A DNA stretch of 36,000 nt from Alphaproteobacteria bacterium (GCA_965662315.1 CBFIHY010000001.1:1-36000), one strand, 5' to 3'. Positions 9,282-20,330 are shown, counted from the first letter of the stretch. Numbers and translations: made by a program. Notes: generated by a model from the sequence alone, not told the origin.

Positions 9282-10052
9282 ATGCTCAAAACCCGCATCA
9301 TACCGTGCCTCGATGTGCATGATGGCCGCGTCGTCAAAGGGGTGAATTTTGTCGACCTCATTGATGCCGGTGATCCGGTCGAAGCGGCGCGGGCTTATGA
9401 TGCCGCCGGTGCTGATGAATTATGTTTTCTCGATATTTCTGCCAGCCATGAAGGGCGCGATACGCTGATTGATGTGGTGCGGCGCACGGCCGAAGAATGT
9501 TTTATGCCGCTCACTGTTGGCGGCGGCGTGCGCGCGGTCGATGATGTGCGCAAATTATTATTGGCCGGTGCCGATAAGGTGTCGTTTAACACTGCCGCGG
9601 TCAGCACGCCCGATGTGATTGACGCGGCGGCTGAAAAGTTTGGCAGCCAATGTATTGTCGTGGCGATTGATGCGAAGAAAACCGATGAGACGGCGGACGG
9701 GCCGCGTTGGGAAATTTTTACCCATGGCGGCCGCCAAGCGACCGGCATTGAGGCGGTCTCATTCGCCAGCAATATGGCGGCGCGCGGGGCCGGTGAAATT
9801 TTGCTGACCTCAATGGACCGCGATGGCACGAAATCCGGTTTTGATTTGGCACTGACCCGCGCTGTGGCCGATGCGGTGCCGGTGCCGGTCATTGCTTCGG
9901 GCGGTGTCGGCAATTTGCAAGATTTGGTTGATGGGGTGCGCGAAGGCCATGCCAATGCGGTTTTGGCGGCGTCGATTTTTCACTTCGGCACGCACACAAT
10001 CGGCGAAGCACGCGCGGCATTGGCGGCGGCCGGTTTACCGGTGCGTGGATAG
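9282..10052 (+). CDS. hisF: Imidazole glycerol phosphate synthase, cyclase subunit
   Basis: [42 protein letters not shown]. Confidence 0.98.
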   Translation: MLKTRIIPCLDVHDGRVVKGVNFVDLIDAGDPVEAARAYDAAGADELCFLDISASHEGRDTLIDVVRRTAEECFMPLTVGGGVRAVDDVRKLLLAGADKVSFNTAAVSTPDVIDAAAEKFGSQCIVVAIDAKKTDETADGPRWEIFTHGGRQATGIEAVSFASNMAARGAGEILLTSMDRDGTKSGFDLALTRAVADAVPVPVIASGGVGNLQDLVDGVREGHANAVLAASIFHFGTHTIGEARAALAAAGLPVRG

Positions 10053-10098
10053 GTGCAAGGATGGGCGCAGGGATAGGTGCAGGGATAAAGCAATGGAT
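10047..10098 (+). repeat. Imperfect 12-bp tandem repeat x4 filling the hisF-hisE spacer
   Basis: ggataggtgcaa / ggatgggcgcag / ggataggtgcag / ggataaagcaat / ggat. Confidence 0.8.
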
Positions 10099-10422
10099 GA
10101 TTTAAGCTATTTAAATGAGCTATTTGCCGAAATAGAGGCGCGCCGTGGGGCATCGCCCGATAGCAGCTATTCGGCGCAATTACTGGCCGATTTGCCACGC
10201 GCCGCGCGCAAGCTGGGCGAGGAAGCGGTGGAAACATTAACCGCCGCCCTATCCGGCAGCGAAGAAGAGCTTTTGGCTGAAAGCGCTGATTTAATTTATC
10301 ACTGGCTGGTGGTTTTGGCATCGCGCGGGCTGACCCCGCAACAAGTGGTTGATGTTTTGCAAAGTCGCGCCGGCCTGTCAGGGCTGGCTGAGAAAGCGGC
10401 GCGGCAAGATAATAAAGACTGA
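10093..10422 (+). CDS. hisE: Phosphoribosyl-ATP pyrophosphatase
   Basis: SYSAQL, KLGEEAVE, ESADLIYH, SGLAEKAAR. Real start is ATG 10093, inside the longer 9871 ORF. Confidence 0.95.
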   Translation: MDDLSYLNELFAEIEARRGASPDSSYSAQLLADLPRAARKLGEEAVETLTAALSGSEEELLAESADLIYHWLVVLASRGLTPQQVVDVLQSRAGLSGLAEKAARQDNKD

Positions 10423-10431
10423 GCGCAGCCG

Positions 10432-11379
10432 ATGATTGATCCGGAAAAAGAAATTTCGCCCTATCGCGCCTTTAGCGCCGATGAATGGGGGCAAATGCGG
10501 CAAGGGGCGGAGCTGACCTTAACCGAGGCCGAATTGGATAAATTGCGCGGGCTTGGCGAAACCGTGTCGCTTGACGAAGTTGAAGAGATTTATCTGCCGC
10601 TATCGCGGCTGCTCAATCTGTATGTTGAAGCGACGCAAAACCTTTATGGCGCGACCAATGCGTTTTTGGGCTCAGAAACCAAAGTGCCGTTTATCATCGG
10701 TGTGGCCGGTTCCGTCGCAGTCGGCAAATCCACCACATCGCGTATTTTGCGCGAAATGCTGGCCCGCTGGCCATCGCATCCAAAAGTCGACCTCATTACC
10801 ACGGATGGGTTTTTATATCCCAATCATGTGTTGGAAGAACGCCAGCTCATGCAGCGCAAAGGCTTTCCCGAAAGCTTTGATTTGAAGCGTTTGCGGCGGT
10901 TTCTGGCCGAGATTAAATCGGGCCGTGCGCGCGCTGAAGCGCCGGTTTACAGCCATATTGCCTATGATATTTTGCCGGAAGAAAAAATTCTCGTCAGTCA
11001 GCCGGACATTCTCATTGTCGAAGGGCTCAATGTTTTGCAACCGGCAGTGCTGGCCAGCGAGGGCACGGAAATCCCGTTTGTCTCGGATTATTTTGACTTT
11101 TCGATTTATATCGATGCGGCGGCAGATACCGTCCAGCAATGGTATGTCGAGCGGTTTATGGGATTGCGTAAAACCGCTTTTAGAGAGCCGGGCGCATATT
11201 TTGAGCGTTATGCCGGTTTGGATGATGCCGAGGCCGAGGCCACGGCGATTGATATTTGGACGCGGATTAATTTGAAAAACCTGCAGGAAAATATTCTGCC
11301 CACCCGCGCGCGTGCCGATTTAATTTTGCACAAGGGCCCCGATCACCATATTGACCGGGTGCTGCTCAGAAAAATTTAA
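10432..11379 (+). CDS. coaA: Type I pantothenate kinase
   Basis: [51 protein letters not shown]. Confidence 0.97.
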   Translation: MIDPEKEISPYRAFSADEWGQMRQGAELTLTEAELDKLRGLGETVSLDEVEEIYLPLSRLLNLYVEATQNLYGATNAFLGSETKVPFIIGVAGSVAVGKSTTSRILREMLARWPSHPKVDLITTDGFLYPNHVLEERQLMQRKGFPESFDLKRLRRFLAEIKSGRARAEAPVYSHIAYDILPEEKILVSQPDILIVEGLNVLQPAVLASEGTEIPFVSDYFDFSIYIDAAADTVQQWYVERFMGLRKTAFREPGAYFERYAGLDDAEAEATAIDIWTRINLKNLQENILPTRARADLILHKGPDHHIDRVLLRKI

Positions 11380-11388
11380 CGCCGCGGT

Positions 11389-12354
11389 TTAATCTTGTAA
11401 CGGGCGCGGCCCGAAATGTTGGATAACCGCGCTGGCCGCATCAATCCCCATCATGGCGGCTTGTTCGGCTGATTTGCCGTCATGCAGACCGGCCAAAAAA
11501 CCGGCGGCGAATTGGTCGCCGGCACCGGTTAAATCAATTATTTGCGCCGGCGCCAGGTTTTGCGCTGCAATATGAGCGCGGTGATCGCCGTTAAATATAT
11601 ACGCCCCTTCCGCCCCATAAGTGACCGCGGCCAATATGTCATGCGGGGCCAGGCCGGCAGAAATACCGGCCGGTTGGTCTGTGCCCAAAAGCGCGGTTAT
11701 CTCGCTTTCATTGGCCAGCAAAATATCAATATGGCTTGCCAAAATCGCAGCGAATTCATCATGGTGCCGCTCGACACAAAACCGGTCCGCCAATGAGAAA
11801 GCAATTTTTCCGCCATTGGCTTTGACGCGCTCGGCGGCGGCGATAAATGCGGCGCGTGCGCTGGGGCTGTCCCATAAATAGCCTTCGCCGAATAAAATGC
11901 CGGTATCGGATATCAGCCCATCATCCAAATCATCTATCGATGTGGTCACTGAGGCGCCCAATACCGTATGCATGGTGCGCTCGGCATCAGGCGTTACCAG
12001 CACCAAGCAATGGCCGGTCGGCTGCGTGTTCATCGGTATGGCGGGAAACCGAACATTGGCGGCCCGAAACGCATCGGCAAAACATTGGCCCAGCGCATCA
12101 TCGCCGATTTTGCCGATAAAACCGGTCGGCGCCCCAAGCAGCGCCATGCCGGCAATGGAATTGGCAATCGAGCCGCCCGGCAGGCGTTGTTCAATGTTTA
12201 CTTGTTTTTGTAAATCTTCAGATTGCGTCGCTTCGATAAGGGACATGGAAGCTTTCGGGCTGCCCAGCGTTTCCAATTGTGCTTCGCTGACCGGCGCAAA
12301 TAAATCAACCAGAGCCGCGCCCATGCCGGTAATGCATTTTTTATCCATCTTCAT
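11389..12354 (-). CDS. PfkB family carbohydrate/adenosine kinase
   Basis: GGSIANS, GKIGDDALG, VTPDAERTM, ANESE, DLTGAGDQFAAGFL. Start at 12354 or 12348. Confidence 0.9.
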   Translation of the reverse strand: MKMDKKCITGMGAALVDLFAPVSEAQLETLGSPKASMSLIEATQSEDLQKQVNIEQRLPGGSIANSIAGMALLGAPTGFIGKIGDDALGQCFADAFRAANVRFPAIPMNTQPTGHCLVLVTPDAERTMHTVLGASVTTSIDDLDDGLISDTGILFGEGYLWDSPSARAAFIAAAERVKANGGKIAFSLADRFCVERHHDEFAAILASHIDILLANESEITALLGTDQPAGISAGLAPHDILAAVTYGAEGAYIFNGDHRAHIAAQNLAPAQIIDLTGAGDQFAAGFLAGLHDGKSAEQAAMMGIDAASAVIQHFGPRPLQD

Positions 12355-12364
12355 ATCCTTTTCA

Positions 12365-13036
12365 TCAGCTATTTGCCGCCGCGGCAATTTTCGCTTTGTC
12401 TTTAAAACGGCATTCATCAAATATGATGCAATTGCCGCATTTCGGTTTGCGTGCCACGCATATATAGCGGCCATGCAGTATCAACCAATGATGGGCATGG
12501 CGGCGATACGGGTCGGGCACTTTTTTATCCAGTTTCTTTTCAACATCAAGCACGGTTTTGCCGGGCGCCAAGCCGGTCCGATTGGACAGGCGAAAGACAT
12601 GTGTATCGACGGCAAAAGTGGCAACGCCAAAGGCTTCATTCATCACCACATTGGCGGTTTTGCGCCCGACACCCGGCAAGGCGACCAGTGCCTCCATATC
12701 GGCCGGCACCTGCCCGTCATATTGCTCAATCAACACTTTTGACAGCGCGTAGACGTTTTTCGCCTTATTGCGATAAAGGCCGATGGTTTTCACTTCGTCG
12801 CGAATTTTTGCTTCCCCCAGTGCCAGCATTTTTTCCGGCGTATCGGCCAATTTAAAAAGGCTTTTGGTCGCCTTATTGACCCCGATATCGGTGGCTTGCG
12901 CGGATAAAACCACGGCCACCAAAAGCGTGAAGTGGTTGTGAAAAGCCAACTCAGTGCGCGGTGCCGGATCGATTTCTGCCAGCTTGGCAAAAAGCGATAT
13001 AATATTTTCGGGGGGCATTTGACGGCTGCGGCTCAT
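12365..13036 (-). CDS. nth: Endonuclease III
   Basis: LVAVVLSAQATD, HhH motif LPGVGRKTANV, VDTHVFR, 4Fe-4S motif C-x6-C-x2-C-x5-C. Confidence 0.97.
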   Translation of the reverse strand: MSRSRQMPPENIISLFAKLAEIDPAPRTELAFHNHFTLLVAVVLSAQATDIGVNKATKSLFKLADTPEKMLALGEAKIRDEVKTIGLYRNKAKNVYALSKVLIEQYDGQVPADMEALVALPGVGRKTANVVMNEAFGVATFAVDTHVFRLSNRTGLAPGKTVLDVEKKLDKKVPDPYRRHAHHWLILHGRYICVARKPKCGNCIIFDECRFKDKAKIAAAANS

Positions 13037-13114
13037 GGCCTTTCATAGCCCAGTCAGCCGCCCGCGACAATCCTTCGCTTGGGCATTGGCGCGCGGCGCG
13101 TTACATCATGAAAT

Positions 13115-13627
13115 ATGGAAACGCCGCGACTTTTGCCGGAAAACTTTAATTTGGTCTTGCGACCGAATATGTCGCTGTCATCGCGCGGGTTTTTTTGGCT
13201 GATGCTCTGGTTCTCAGCCGTCTCCTTAGGGGTCGGCGCTTATTTTTGGTCGCTTGGCGCCTGGCCGGTATTCGGCTTTTTCGGGCTTGATGTGCTGCTG
13301 CTTTATGGCGCGTTTCGATTGAATTATCGCCATGGGCGGCGTTATGAGACGCTGAAAATGGCCGATAATCGACTGGTCTTCAGCCAAGTAACGCCTTTGG
13401 GCACGGCCCGCGATTGGGAATTTGACCCTTATTGGGTGCGCATAAAGCTGGAGCGTTTCGGCACGGATGGCGATGAGATTGGTGCGCTGATTTTATCCAG
13501 CCATGGCAAATATGTGTCCGTCGGCGCGTTTTTGGCACCGGAAGAGCGCGCGGCCTTGGCGGCCAGCCTGCAAGCGACATTGGCGGCCATTCGCGACCGC
13601 TTCATGCCGGAGCCGCAAACCGCCTAA
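13115..13627 (+). CDS. DUF2244 family membrane protein
   Basis: [41 protein letters not shown]; divergent from nth as in other alphaproteobacteria. Confidence 0.85.
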   Translation: METPRLLPENFNLVLRPNMSLSSRGFFWLMLWFSAVSLGVGAYFWSLGAWPVFGFFGLDVLLLYGAFRLNYRHGRRYETLKMADNRLVFSQVTPLGTARDWEFDPYWVRIKLERFGTDGDEIGALILSSHGKYVSVGAFLAPEERAALAASLQATLAAIRDRFMPEPQTA

Positions 13628-14241
13628 CGGGTGAGAATTTCCTTATCGGTAATCTCAGCCGCCGCATTCAGCGTGTAAATATACGGCACGCCGGTATCAA
13701 TATTAACGTCCAAAATCTCGTCGCGGCTGAGCCCTTCAAGCTGCATGACCAAAGCGCGCAAACTATTGCCATGCGCGGCGATTAAAACGGTTTTACCGGC
13801 TTTCAGCTGCGGTAAAATTTCCGCCTCATAATAGGGCAAAACCCGCTCTGCCGTGTCTTTCAAGCTCTCGCCGCCGGGCGGTGGCGTATCAAAAGAACGG
13901 CGCCAAATATGCACTTGCTCTTCGCCCCATTTTTCGCGCGCACCATCTTTATTCAAACCGGCCAAATCACCATAATCGCGCTCATTCAGCGCTTGGTTTT
14001 CAATTGTCTCCAGCTCGCTTTGGCCCTGTTCGCCCAATAATAGCGCCAAGGTTTTTTGCGCCCTTTGCAGTTTTGAGGTAAAGGCCACGTCAAATTTGAT
14101 ATTGCTGGCGGCCAAGGCGGTGCCGGCGGCGCGCGCTTCATCGACACCTTTTTGCGTCAAATCCGGATCGCGCCATCCGGTGAACAGGTTTTTTTCATTC
14201 CATTCGCTTTGCCCATGCCGGACCAGCACCAGATGTACCAT
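13624..14241 (-). CDS. gpmA: 2,3-bisphosphoglycerate-dependent phosphoglycerate mutase
   Basis: [43 protein letters not shown]. Confidence 0.97.
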   Translation of the reverse strand: MVHLVLVRHGQSEWNEKNLFTGWRDPDLTQKGVDEARAAGTALAASNIKFDVAFTSKLQRAQKTLALLLGEQGQSELETIENQALNERDYGDLAGLNKDGAREKWGEEQVHIWRRSFDTPPPGGESLKDTAERVLPYYEAEILPQLKAGKTVLIAAHGNSLRALVMQLEGLSRDEILDVNIDTGVPYIYTLNAAAEITDKEILTR

Positions 14242-14274
14242 CACAATTTCCTTATACAGACTTCATTGAGAGAT

Positions 14275-15084
14275 TTATGCGACCGGCTTCAGCCCCAGAA
14301 CATGCTGCATGGAATACAGCCCTTCCGATTGCTGTTGCGCCCAAAGCGCCGCATCCAGCGCGCCGCGGGCAAAAATATCGCGACTTTCGGCGCGATGGGC
14401 CAAGCGGATTTGCTCGTTGTCAGTGGCCAAAACGACTTCATGGTCGCCGACAACCGAACCACCCCGCAAAGCGGCAAAGCCGATATCGCCGCTTTTGCGC
14501 GCGCCGGTCAAGCCGTCGCGACCGCTATCTTTCACATCATCCAGCGACACATCGCGGCCTTCCGCCGCCGCCGCGCCCAATAAAAGTGCGGTGCCGGATG
14601 GCGCATCGACCTTATGGCGGTGATGCATTTCAACGATTTCAATATCCCAGTCTTCGGCCAAAGCGGCAGCCGCTTTTTCCACCAATCCGGCCAGTAAATT
14701 AACCCCGCGGCTCATATTGCCGGATTTCACAATGCGCGCATGGCGGGCCGCGGCTTTAATGGCCGCTTCTTGTTCGGCATCAAAACCGGTGGAACCGATA
14801 ATATGAACAATGCGCGCTTGCGCGGCGAGGCCGGCCAATTCAACACTGGCTGCCGGTGTGGTGAAATCGATCACCCCATCAGCTTCGGCCAAAAGCGCCA
14901 AGGCGTCTTCGCCGGCTTTAAGCCCGCAAGCCGGCAATCCGGCCAGTTCGGCAATATCTTGTCCCAAGGCAGGCGAACCCGTCGCCTCCAGCCCACCGGC
15001 CAGTTGCAATCTATCATCGGCGCTTATCAGGCGGGTCAGGGTCTGTCCCATGCGTCCGGCGCAACCACTTACTATCAGTCTCAT
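14275..15084 (-). CDS. dapB: 4-hydroxy-tetrahydrodipicolinate reductase
   Basis: [36 protein letters not shown]. Confidence 0.97.
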   Translation of the reverse strand: MRLIVSGCAGRMGQTLTRLISADDRLQLAGGLEATGSPALGQDIAELAGLPACGLKAGEDALALLAEADGVIDFTTPAASVELAGLAAQARIVHIIGSTGFDAEQEAAIKAAARHARIVKSGNMSRGVNLLAGLVEKAAAALAEDWDIEIVEMHHRHKVDAPSGTALLLGAAAAEGRDVSLDDVKDSGRDGLTGARKSGDIGFAALRGGSVVGDHEVVLATDNEQIRLAHRAESRDIFARGALDAALWAQQQSEGLYSMQHVLGLKPVA

Positions 15085-15119
15085 GCGTTTTATATAGCAG
15101 GGCTCAGCTTGAGCCGCTA

Positions 15120-16250
15120 TCAGCTATTTTTGCTGCGCTCACCAAAAGATGAGATTTCCGGATAATTGCCGCTGTCCAGACTATCGGCAAAAGCATCAAA
15201 CAGTTTTTGTTGGGCGCGGGTTAAACCGCTTGGCGTTTCAATATCAATCTGCACATAAAGATCGCCATAATGGCGCGAGCGCAAAACCGGCATGCCCTTG
15301 CCGCGTAAGCGAAACTGTTGGCCGGCACGGGCCCCTTCGGGAATGCTCAATTTGACTTTTTTACCGCCCATAAGCGGTACATTAACTGCGCCGCCACGCA
15401 CTGCCACATCCAATGAAATCGGCATGGCGCAAAATAAATCTGCACCGTCGCGGCTCAGCACATCATGCGGTGTAATATTGACAAACACATAAAGGTCACC
15501 ATGCGCCGCCCCGCCCGGACCGGCATTGCCTTCGCCGGACAGCCTGATGCGCGTGCCGTCTTCAACCCCGCTCGGCACAGAGACCGATAATGTGCGCTCT
15601 TGGCTGACTTGACCGCGGCCCTGACAGCCGCCGCATGGGTCGCTAATCGTTTGACCGGCACCGCCGCATGTATGGCAGGTGCGTTCGACCATGAAAAACC
15701 CTTGTTGCGCGCGCACTTTGCCGTGCCCTTGGCAGGTGCCGCATGTGCTCGGTTGGCTGCCCGGCTTGGCACCGGAGCCGCCGCATGTATCGCAAGAGGC
15801 GGCGCGGCTCAGACTGATTTGGCGTTCAGTGCCGTCATAGGCTTCTTGTAAGCTAATGTTAATCTCAGCCCGCAAATCATCGCCGCGCCGTGCGCGTCTG
15901 CGACCGCCTTGCGCATTCGGGCCGCGACCGCCGAAAAATTCTTCAAAAATATCGCCAATATCACCAAAGCCTGAAAAGCCGGCCCCGCCGCCAAATCCGC
16001 CGCCGGCACCTCCACCACCGCCTTGTTCAAAAGCGGCATGGCCGAACTGGTCATAAGCGGCACGGCTTTGCGGGTCTTTCAGTACATCATAGGCTTCTGA
16101 TACTTGCTTGAATTTTTGCTCAGCACCGGCGTCACCCTGATTGACATCAGGGTGATATTTTTTCGCCAGCTTACGATAGGCGGATTTCAACGTCGCTTCA
16201 TCAGCGCCGCGTTCGACCCCCAAAAGCTCGTAATAATCGGCTTTGGCCAT
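15120..16250 (-). CDS. dnaJ: Chaperone DnaJ
   Basis: J domain with HPD, G/F-rich region, four CxxCxGxG repeats. Start placed at ATG 16250. Confidence 0.98.
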   Translation of the reverse strand: MAKADYYELLGVERGADEATLKSAYRKLAKKYHPDVNQGDAGAEQKFKQVSEAYDVLKDPQSRAAYDQFGHAAFEQGGGGGAGGGFGGGAGFSGFGDIGDIFEEFFGGRGPNAQGGRRRARRGDDLRAEINISLQEAYDGTERQISLSRAASCDTCGGSGAKPGSQPSTCGTCQGHGKVRAQQGFFMVERTCHTCGGAGQTISDPCGGCQGRGQVSQERTLSVSVPSGVEDGTRIRLSGEGNAGPGGAAHGDLYVFVNITPHDVLSRDGADLFCAMPISLDVAVRGGAVNVPLMGGKKVKLSIPEGARAGQQFRLRGKGMPVLRSRHYGDLYVQIDIETPSGLTRAQQKLFDAFADSLDSGNYPEISSFGERSKNS

Positions 16251-16274
16251 GCGGCCCCCCAATCGGTTCAGCCG

Positions 16275-18209
16275 TTATGAGGCTTTCTGGTCACCATCAT
16301 CATCAGCAACTTCTTCAAACTCGGCATCGACAACATTGCCATCGTCACCGTCTTGTGCCGCATCGGCGGCTGCATCACCGGCCGCTGCCGCATCGCTTTC
16401 GGCTTGCTGTGCTTTGTAAACCGCCTCGCCGATTTTCATCGCCGCTTGGCTCAATGTTTGCGCTTTTTCATTAATCGCATCCATATCCTCGCCTTCCAGC
16501 GCGGTTTTTAATTCAGCCATGGCCGTTTCGGCTGCATCCTTATCGGCGGGCTCGATCAATGCTTCATTTTCAGCGATTGATTTTTCGGTCGCATGAATAA
16601 GCCCTTCGGCATTATTGCGCGCCTCAACTTGCTCGCGGCGCTCTTTATCAGCAGTGGCATTGGCTTCGGCATCTTTGACCATTTGCTCAATATCACTGTC
16701 TGACAAGCCGCCTGAGGCTTCAATGCGAATGGCTTGTTCTTTGCCGGTCGCTTTATCGGCTGCCGATACATTGACCAAGCCATTGGCGTCAATATCGAAA
16801 GTCACTTCAATTTGCGGTACCCCGCGCGGTGCCGGCGGAATGCCTTCCAGATTGAATTGACCCAATTGTTTATTATCAGCCGCCATTTCCCGCTCGCCTT
16901 GGCAAACGGCAATGGTGACGGCGGATTGATTATCATCAGCGGTCGAAAACACTTGGCTCTTTTTGGTCGGAATGGTTGTGTTGCGATCAATCAAACGGGT
17001 AAAGACGCCGCCCAAAGTCTCAATGCCCAAGGAAAGCGGGGTCACATCCAACAGCAACACGTCTTTCACATCGCCTTGCAAAACACCGGCCTGAATGGCT
17101 GCGCCCATGGCCACCACCTCATCCGGGTTAACACTCATATTCGGTTCTTTGCCGAACACGTCTTTCACAAATTCGCGAATGCGCGGCATGCGGGTTTGCC
17201 CGCCGACCAGCACCACTTCGTCAATTTCTGACAGCGCAATACCGGCATCTTTCATCGCCGCTTCGCATGGTGTGCGGGTGCGCTGCACAAGATTTTCAAC
17301 CAAGCCTTCAAACGCCGCTTTGGTCAATTTCAAATTCAAATGCTTCGGGCCGCTGGCATCAGCGGTAATGAATGGCAGGTTAATTTCCGTTTGGGCCGAT
17401 GATGACAGTTCAATTTTGGCCTTTTCAGCCGCCTCTTTCAGGCGTTGCAGGGCCAGCTTATCGCCGCGCAAATCAATGCCGTTTTCTTTTTCAAACTCTT
17501 CAGCCAAATGCTCGACCAAAGCCATGTCGAAATCTTCACCGCCCAAAAACGTGTCGCCATTGGTCGATTTAACCTCAAACACCCCATCGCCGATTTCCAA
17601 AATGGAGACGTCAAATGTGCCGCCGCCCAAATCATAAACGGCAATGGTTTGTCCGTCATTTTTATCCAGACCATAAGCCAGTGACGCAGCGGTCGGCTCA
17701 TTGATAATGCGCAAAACTTCCAGCCCGGCGATTTTACCGGCGTCTTTTGTCGCTTGGCGTTGTGCGTCATTAAAATAAGCCGGAACGGTAATCACCGCTT
17801 GGCTGACGGTTTCGCCGAGATAATCCTCAGCCGTCTCTTTCATTTTCTGCAAAATAAAAGCCGAGATTTGCGACGGCGAATATTTTTCACCGGCCGCTTC
17901 CACCCACGCATCGCCACCATCAGAGGCAATGATTTCAAACGGCACCATTTCCTTGTCTTTTTGCGTCGCCTTATCATCAAACCGACGCCCGATGAGACGC
18001 TTAATGGCAAATAGCGTGTTTAACGGATTGGTCACCGCTTGGCGTTTCGCCGGTTGTCCGGTCAGGCGCTCGCCTTCATCTGAAAAAGCCACCATGGACG
18101 GGGTTGTCCGCGCCCCTTCGGCATTTTCAATCACCCGCGCGCTGCTGCCATCCATCACCGCGACACAGCTATTGGTGGTGCCCAAATCAATTCCGATTAC
18201 TTTGCCCAT
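16275..18209 (-). CDS. dnaK: Chaperone DnaK (Hsp70)
   Basis: [40 protein letters not shown]; C-terminal VVDAEFEEV. Confidence 0.99.
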   Translation of the reverse strand: MGKVIGIDLGTTNSCVAVMDGSSARVIENAEGARTTPSMVAFSDEGERLTGQPAKRQAVTNPLNTLFAIKRLIGRRFDDKATQKDKEMVPFEIIASDGGDAWVEAAGEKYSPSQISAFILQKMKETAEDYLGETVSQAVITVPAYFNDAQRQATKDAGKIAGLEVLRIINEPTAASLAYGLDKNDGQTIAVYDLGGGTFDVSILEIGDGVFEVKSTNGDTFLGGEDFDMALVEHLAEEFEKENGIDLRGDKLALQRLKEAAEKAKIELSSSAQTEINLPFITADASGPKHLNLKLTKAAFEGLVENLVQRTRTPCEAAMKDAGIALSEIDEVVLVGGQTRMPRIREFVKDVFGKEPNMSVNPDEVVAMGAAIQAGVLQGDVKDVLLLDVTPLSLGIETLGGVFTRLIDRNTTIPTKKSQVFSTADDNQSAVTIAVCQGEREMAADNKQLGQFNLEGIPPAPRGVPQIEVTFDIDANGLVNVSAADKATGKEQAIRIEASGGLSDSDIEQMVKDAEANATADKERREQVEARNNAEGLIHATEKSIAENEALIEPADKDAAETAMAELKTALEGEDMDAINEKAQTLSQAAMKIGEAVYKAQQAESDAAAAGDAAADAAQDGDDGNVVDAEFEEVADDDGDQKAS

Positions 18210-18282
18210 AATATCTCTCCAAAGGCGCCCCTTAGCGCGCTTGTTGCGGGGTCATGTATCTGCCCCTTTGATTGTGTTTTGC

Positions 18283-18311
18283 ATATAGGAAGGCGCGGCG
18301 TGCGCTGCAAG
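18283..18311 (-). promoter_or_regulatory. RpoH (sigma32)-type promoter of dnaK-dnaJ
   Basis: Minus strand CTTG-N18-CCTATAT matches the alphaproteobacterial heat-shock consensus CTTG-N17/18-CYTATNT. Confidence 0.8.
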
Positions 18312-18343
18312 GCGAGGCGGTGATTTTATTTCAAAAACCTTTT

Positions 18344-18367
18344 AAAAACGGCAGATAAACCGCCATT
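18344..18367 (-). terminator. Possible intrinsic terminator downstream of grpE
   Basis: Minus strand AATGGCGG-TTTAT-CTGCCGTT-TTT: a stem with two G-U pairs and a short U tract. Confidence 0.4.
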
Positions 18368-18406
18368 ATCCTTATTGCAGTGCCTGTTTCGGCCTCCTAA
18401 ATATGT

Positions 18407-18470
18407 TTTATCTTTCGTTGTTTATCTATTCATCTTTGATGATTAATCTTTCGCAATTAATCTTTGGCAA
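18407..18470. repeat. Degenerate 14-bp tandem repeats derived from the grpE 3' end
   Basis: tttatctttcgttg ... ttcatctttgatga / ttaatctttcgcaa / ttaatctttggcaa; the last unit contains the grpE stop. Confidence 0.7.
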
Positions 18471-19086
18471 TGCCGACTTTGGCCGGCCGCAACAGACGCT
18501 CTTCCATCATATAGCCGGCTTCCACCACCTCGATAATCGTGCCGTTTTCTTGGCCGGTACCGGGCGCTTCAAATAAAGCTTCGTGTAAATTGGGGTCAAA
18601 TTTCTCGCCCATCGGATTGAGCGGCGTCACTTTATGACGGGCCAAACCGGCCAGCAAATCGCGCTGTGTTGCGGCAACGCCCTCAACCAAGGCGGCGGTG
18701 TTTTCCGGCAGCTCATCGCCATTATCGGCAAAAGCTTTTAACGCGCGCTGCAAATTATCAACCACGCCCAGCATATCACGGGCAAAACTCATGGCGCCGA
18801 ACTTCAACGCTTCGCTGCGGTCGCGCTCGGCCCGTTTGCGGGTGTTTTCAAGCTCAGCCAATGTGCGCAATAAATTATCATTCAAATCGGCAATTTTCTG
18901 TTCCGCCGTTTCAGCTTCACTTGTGTCGGCATCGCCGTGCCCAGCATCGCCGTCCTGGGCATGACTTGCCGCGGCTTCATGCGCGGCACCATGATGGGTC
19001 GCGGCTTCCCCGTTCGGCGTTTGTGCGTCCGCCGTTTCGGTGTCGCGCATATCGTCTTCCGGATGGGCGTCTTTTTCGTCTTGCAT
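18457..19086 (-). CDS. grpE: Nucleotide exchange factor GrpE
   Basis: LRTLAELENTRKR, VVDNLQRAL, GEKFDPNLHEA, GY...ERLLRPAKV. Start ATG 19086 (TTG 19095 possible). Confidence 0.97.
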   Translation of the reverse strand: MQDEKDAHPEDDMRDTETADAQTPNGEAATHHGAAHEAAASHAQDGDAGHGDADTSEAETAEQKIADLNDNLLRTLAELENTRKRAERDRSEALKFGAMSFARDMLGVVDNLQRALKAFADNGDELPENTAALVEGVAATQRDLLAGLARHKVTPLNPMGEKFDPNLHEALFEAPGTGQENGTIIEVVEAGYMMEERLLRPAKVGIAKD

Positions 19087-19133
19087 CAGGCTCAATCCTT
19101 AAAATGGTTCAGCGGTAACATCTCGTGCCGCTT

Positions 19134-19162
19134 AGTTAGGGGGGCATGGCGGTAAAATCAAG
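19134..19162 (-). promoter_or_regulatory. RpoH-type promoter of grpE
   Basis: Minus strand CTTG-N18-CCTAACT, same spacing as the dnaK promoter. Confidence 0.65.
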
Positions 19163-19205
19163 AGTGCTGATAATCAAGCCGGCCATTTTGGCGCAGCTCA
19201 GGCGG

Positions 19206-20330
19206 CTAGCTTTGCCGCGATAAAATGGCGCTGACCGCTTGCGCGGTATGGTCAACCATTGGAATGAGCCGCGCATAATTGGTCCGTGTCGGGGCAATCA
19301 CCCCGACAATACCGACCACATCGCGGCCCTCATCATGATAGGGGCTGATGATGACGGAGGAGCCGGAAAGCGAAAATAGCGGCGTTTGCGCGCCGATAAA
19401 AATTTTCACCCCATCGCTTTCTTCGGCTTCTGATAATAATGCAATCACTTCTTTTTGACGGTCCAGATCGTCAAATAAATGCCGAATGCGTTCCAAATCT
19501 TGCATGGCGGCGACATCATCCAGCAGTTTTTCGCGCCCATGCACGATTAGGGATTTGGCAAACATATCGCTATTGCCGGTGCCCGATTGCGCGCCTTGCG
19601 TGTCGCCCCCCGCCCCCGAGGCGTTTGGTGAACTGCCGCCCCAGCTGATAAGCCCGGCCTCGACCAGCTTGGCGGTTAATTGGCCAAGCTCTTTTTCCAG
19701 TCGCGCCAATTCGGCTTGCCGGTCGCGGCGCAATTCGCCCAATGTGCGCCCTTTCAGCCGATGATTGAGATAATTGGCGGCTTCATTCAGCTTTTGCGGC
19801 ACCAGCCCGGGCGGGCGCGGCATTAATCGGTTTTCGACCCGATTGCCGTCATCGACCAAAATCACCAAAATATGACTGTCCGATACGGCGACGAATTCAA
19901 TATGTTTAATTGCGCGCTCGGCATTTGGGGCCAATACCAATCCGGCGCAGGCGCTCAAGCCGGATAATTTTTCCGCCGCTTGGTGCAGCACATCGTCAAG
20001 GCTTTGCGTGGCATCACCATGGGCGCCCATATCGGCGCTTAAACTGGCGCGTTCAGCATCGGTTAAATGGCCGGTTTGCATCATCCCATCGACAAATAAT
20101 TTCAAGCCGCTTTCGGTCGGCAGGCGTCCGGCTGAAACATGCGGCGCATAAAGCAAGCCATGGCGTTCCAATTCGGCCATTGTGGCGCGAATGCTGGCCG
20201 GGGATAATTTCTCATCCAAGCGGGCAGCAAGGTTTTTGGACCCTAATGGGGCGCCGGTTTCGAGATAGTTTTCGACAATCTCGGCAAATATGGCGCGCGC
20301 CCGTATGGTTAAATCAGCCAGTTCACTCAT
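19206..20330 (-). CDS. hrcA: Heat-inducible transcription repressor HrcA
   Basis: IVENYLETGAPLGS, LSPASIR, PHVSAGRLPT, GVKIFIG, GVIAPTRTNY. Confidence 0.96.
   Translation of the reverse strand: MSELADLTIRARAIFAEIVENYLETGAPLGSKNLAARLDEKLSPASIRATMAELERHGLLYAPHVSAGRLPTESGLKLFVDGMMQTGHLTDAERASLSADMGAHGDATQSLDDVLHQAAEKLSGLSACAGLVLAPNAERAIKHIEFVAVSDSHILVILVDDGNRVENRLMPRPPGLVPQKLNEAANYLNHRLKGRTLGELRRDRQAELARLEKELGQLTAKLVEAGLISWGGSSPNASGAGGDTQGAQSGTGNSDMFAKSLIVHGREKLLDDVAAMQDLERIRHLFDDLDRQKEVIALLSEAEESDGVKIFIGAQTPLFSLSGSSVIISPYHDEGRDVVGIVGVIAPTRTNYARLIPMVDHTAQAVSAILSRQS

Noticed and set aside
9871-10092. Long Arg/Cys-rich N-terminal extension of hisE
   Set aside because: Out-of-frame overlap with hisF plus the repeat spacer; homology starts at ATG 10093.
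11897-12742. 281-aa + strand ORF
   Set aside because: Antisense to the PfkB kinase and nth; no recognisable motifs.
16734-18288. Several long ORFs antisense to dnaK
   Set aside because: Typical codon-bias shadow ORFs opposite a conserved gene.
18330-18400. AGGAGG and an 11-codon ORF (MAVYLPFLKGF) on the minus strand between grpE and dnaK
   Set aside because: AGGAGG has no start codon at a suitable distance; the tiny ORF coincides with the putative terminator and has no other support.
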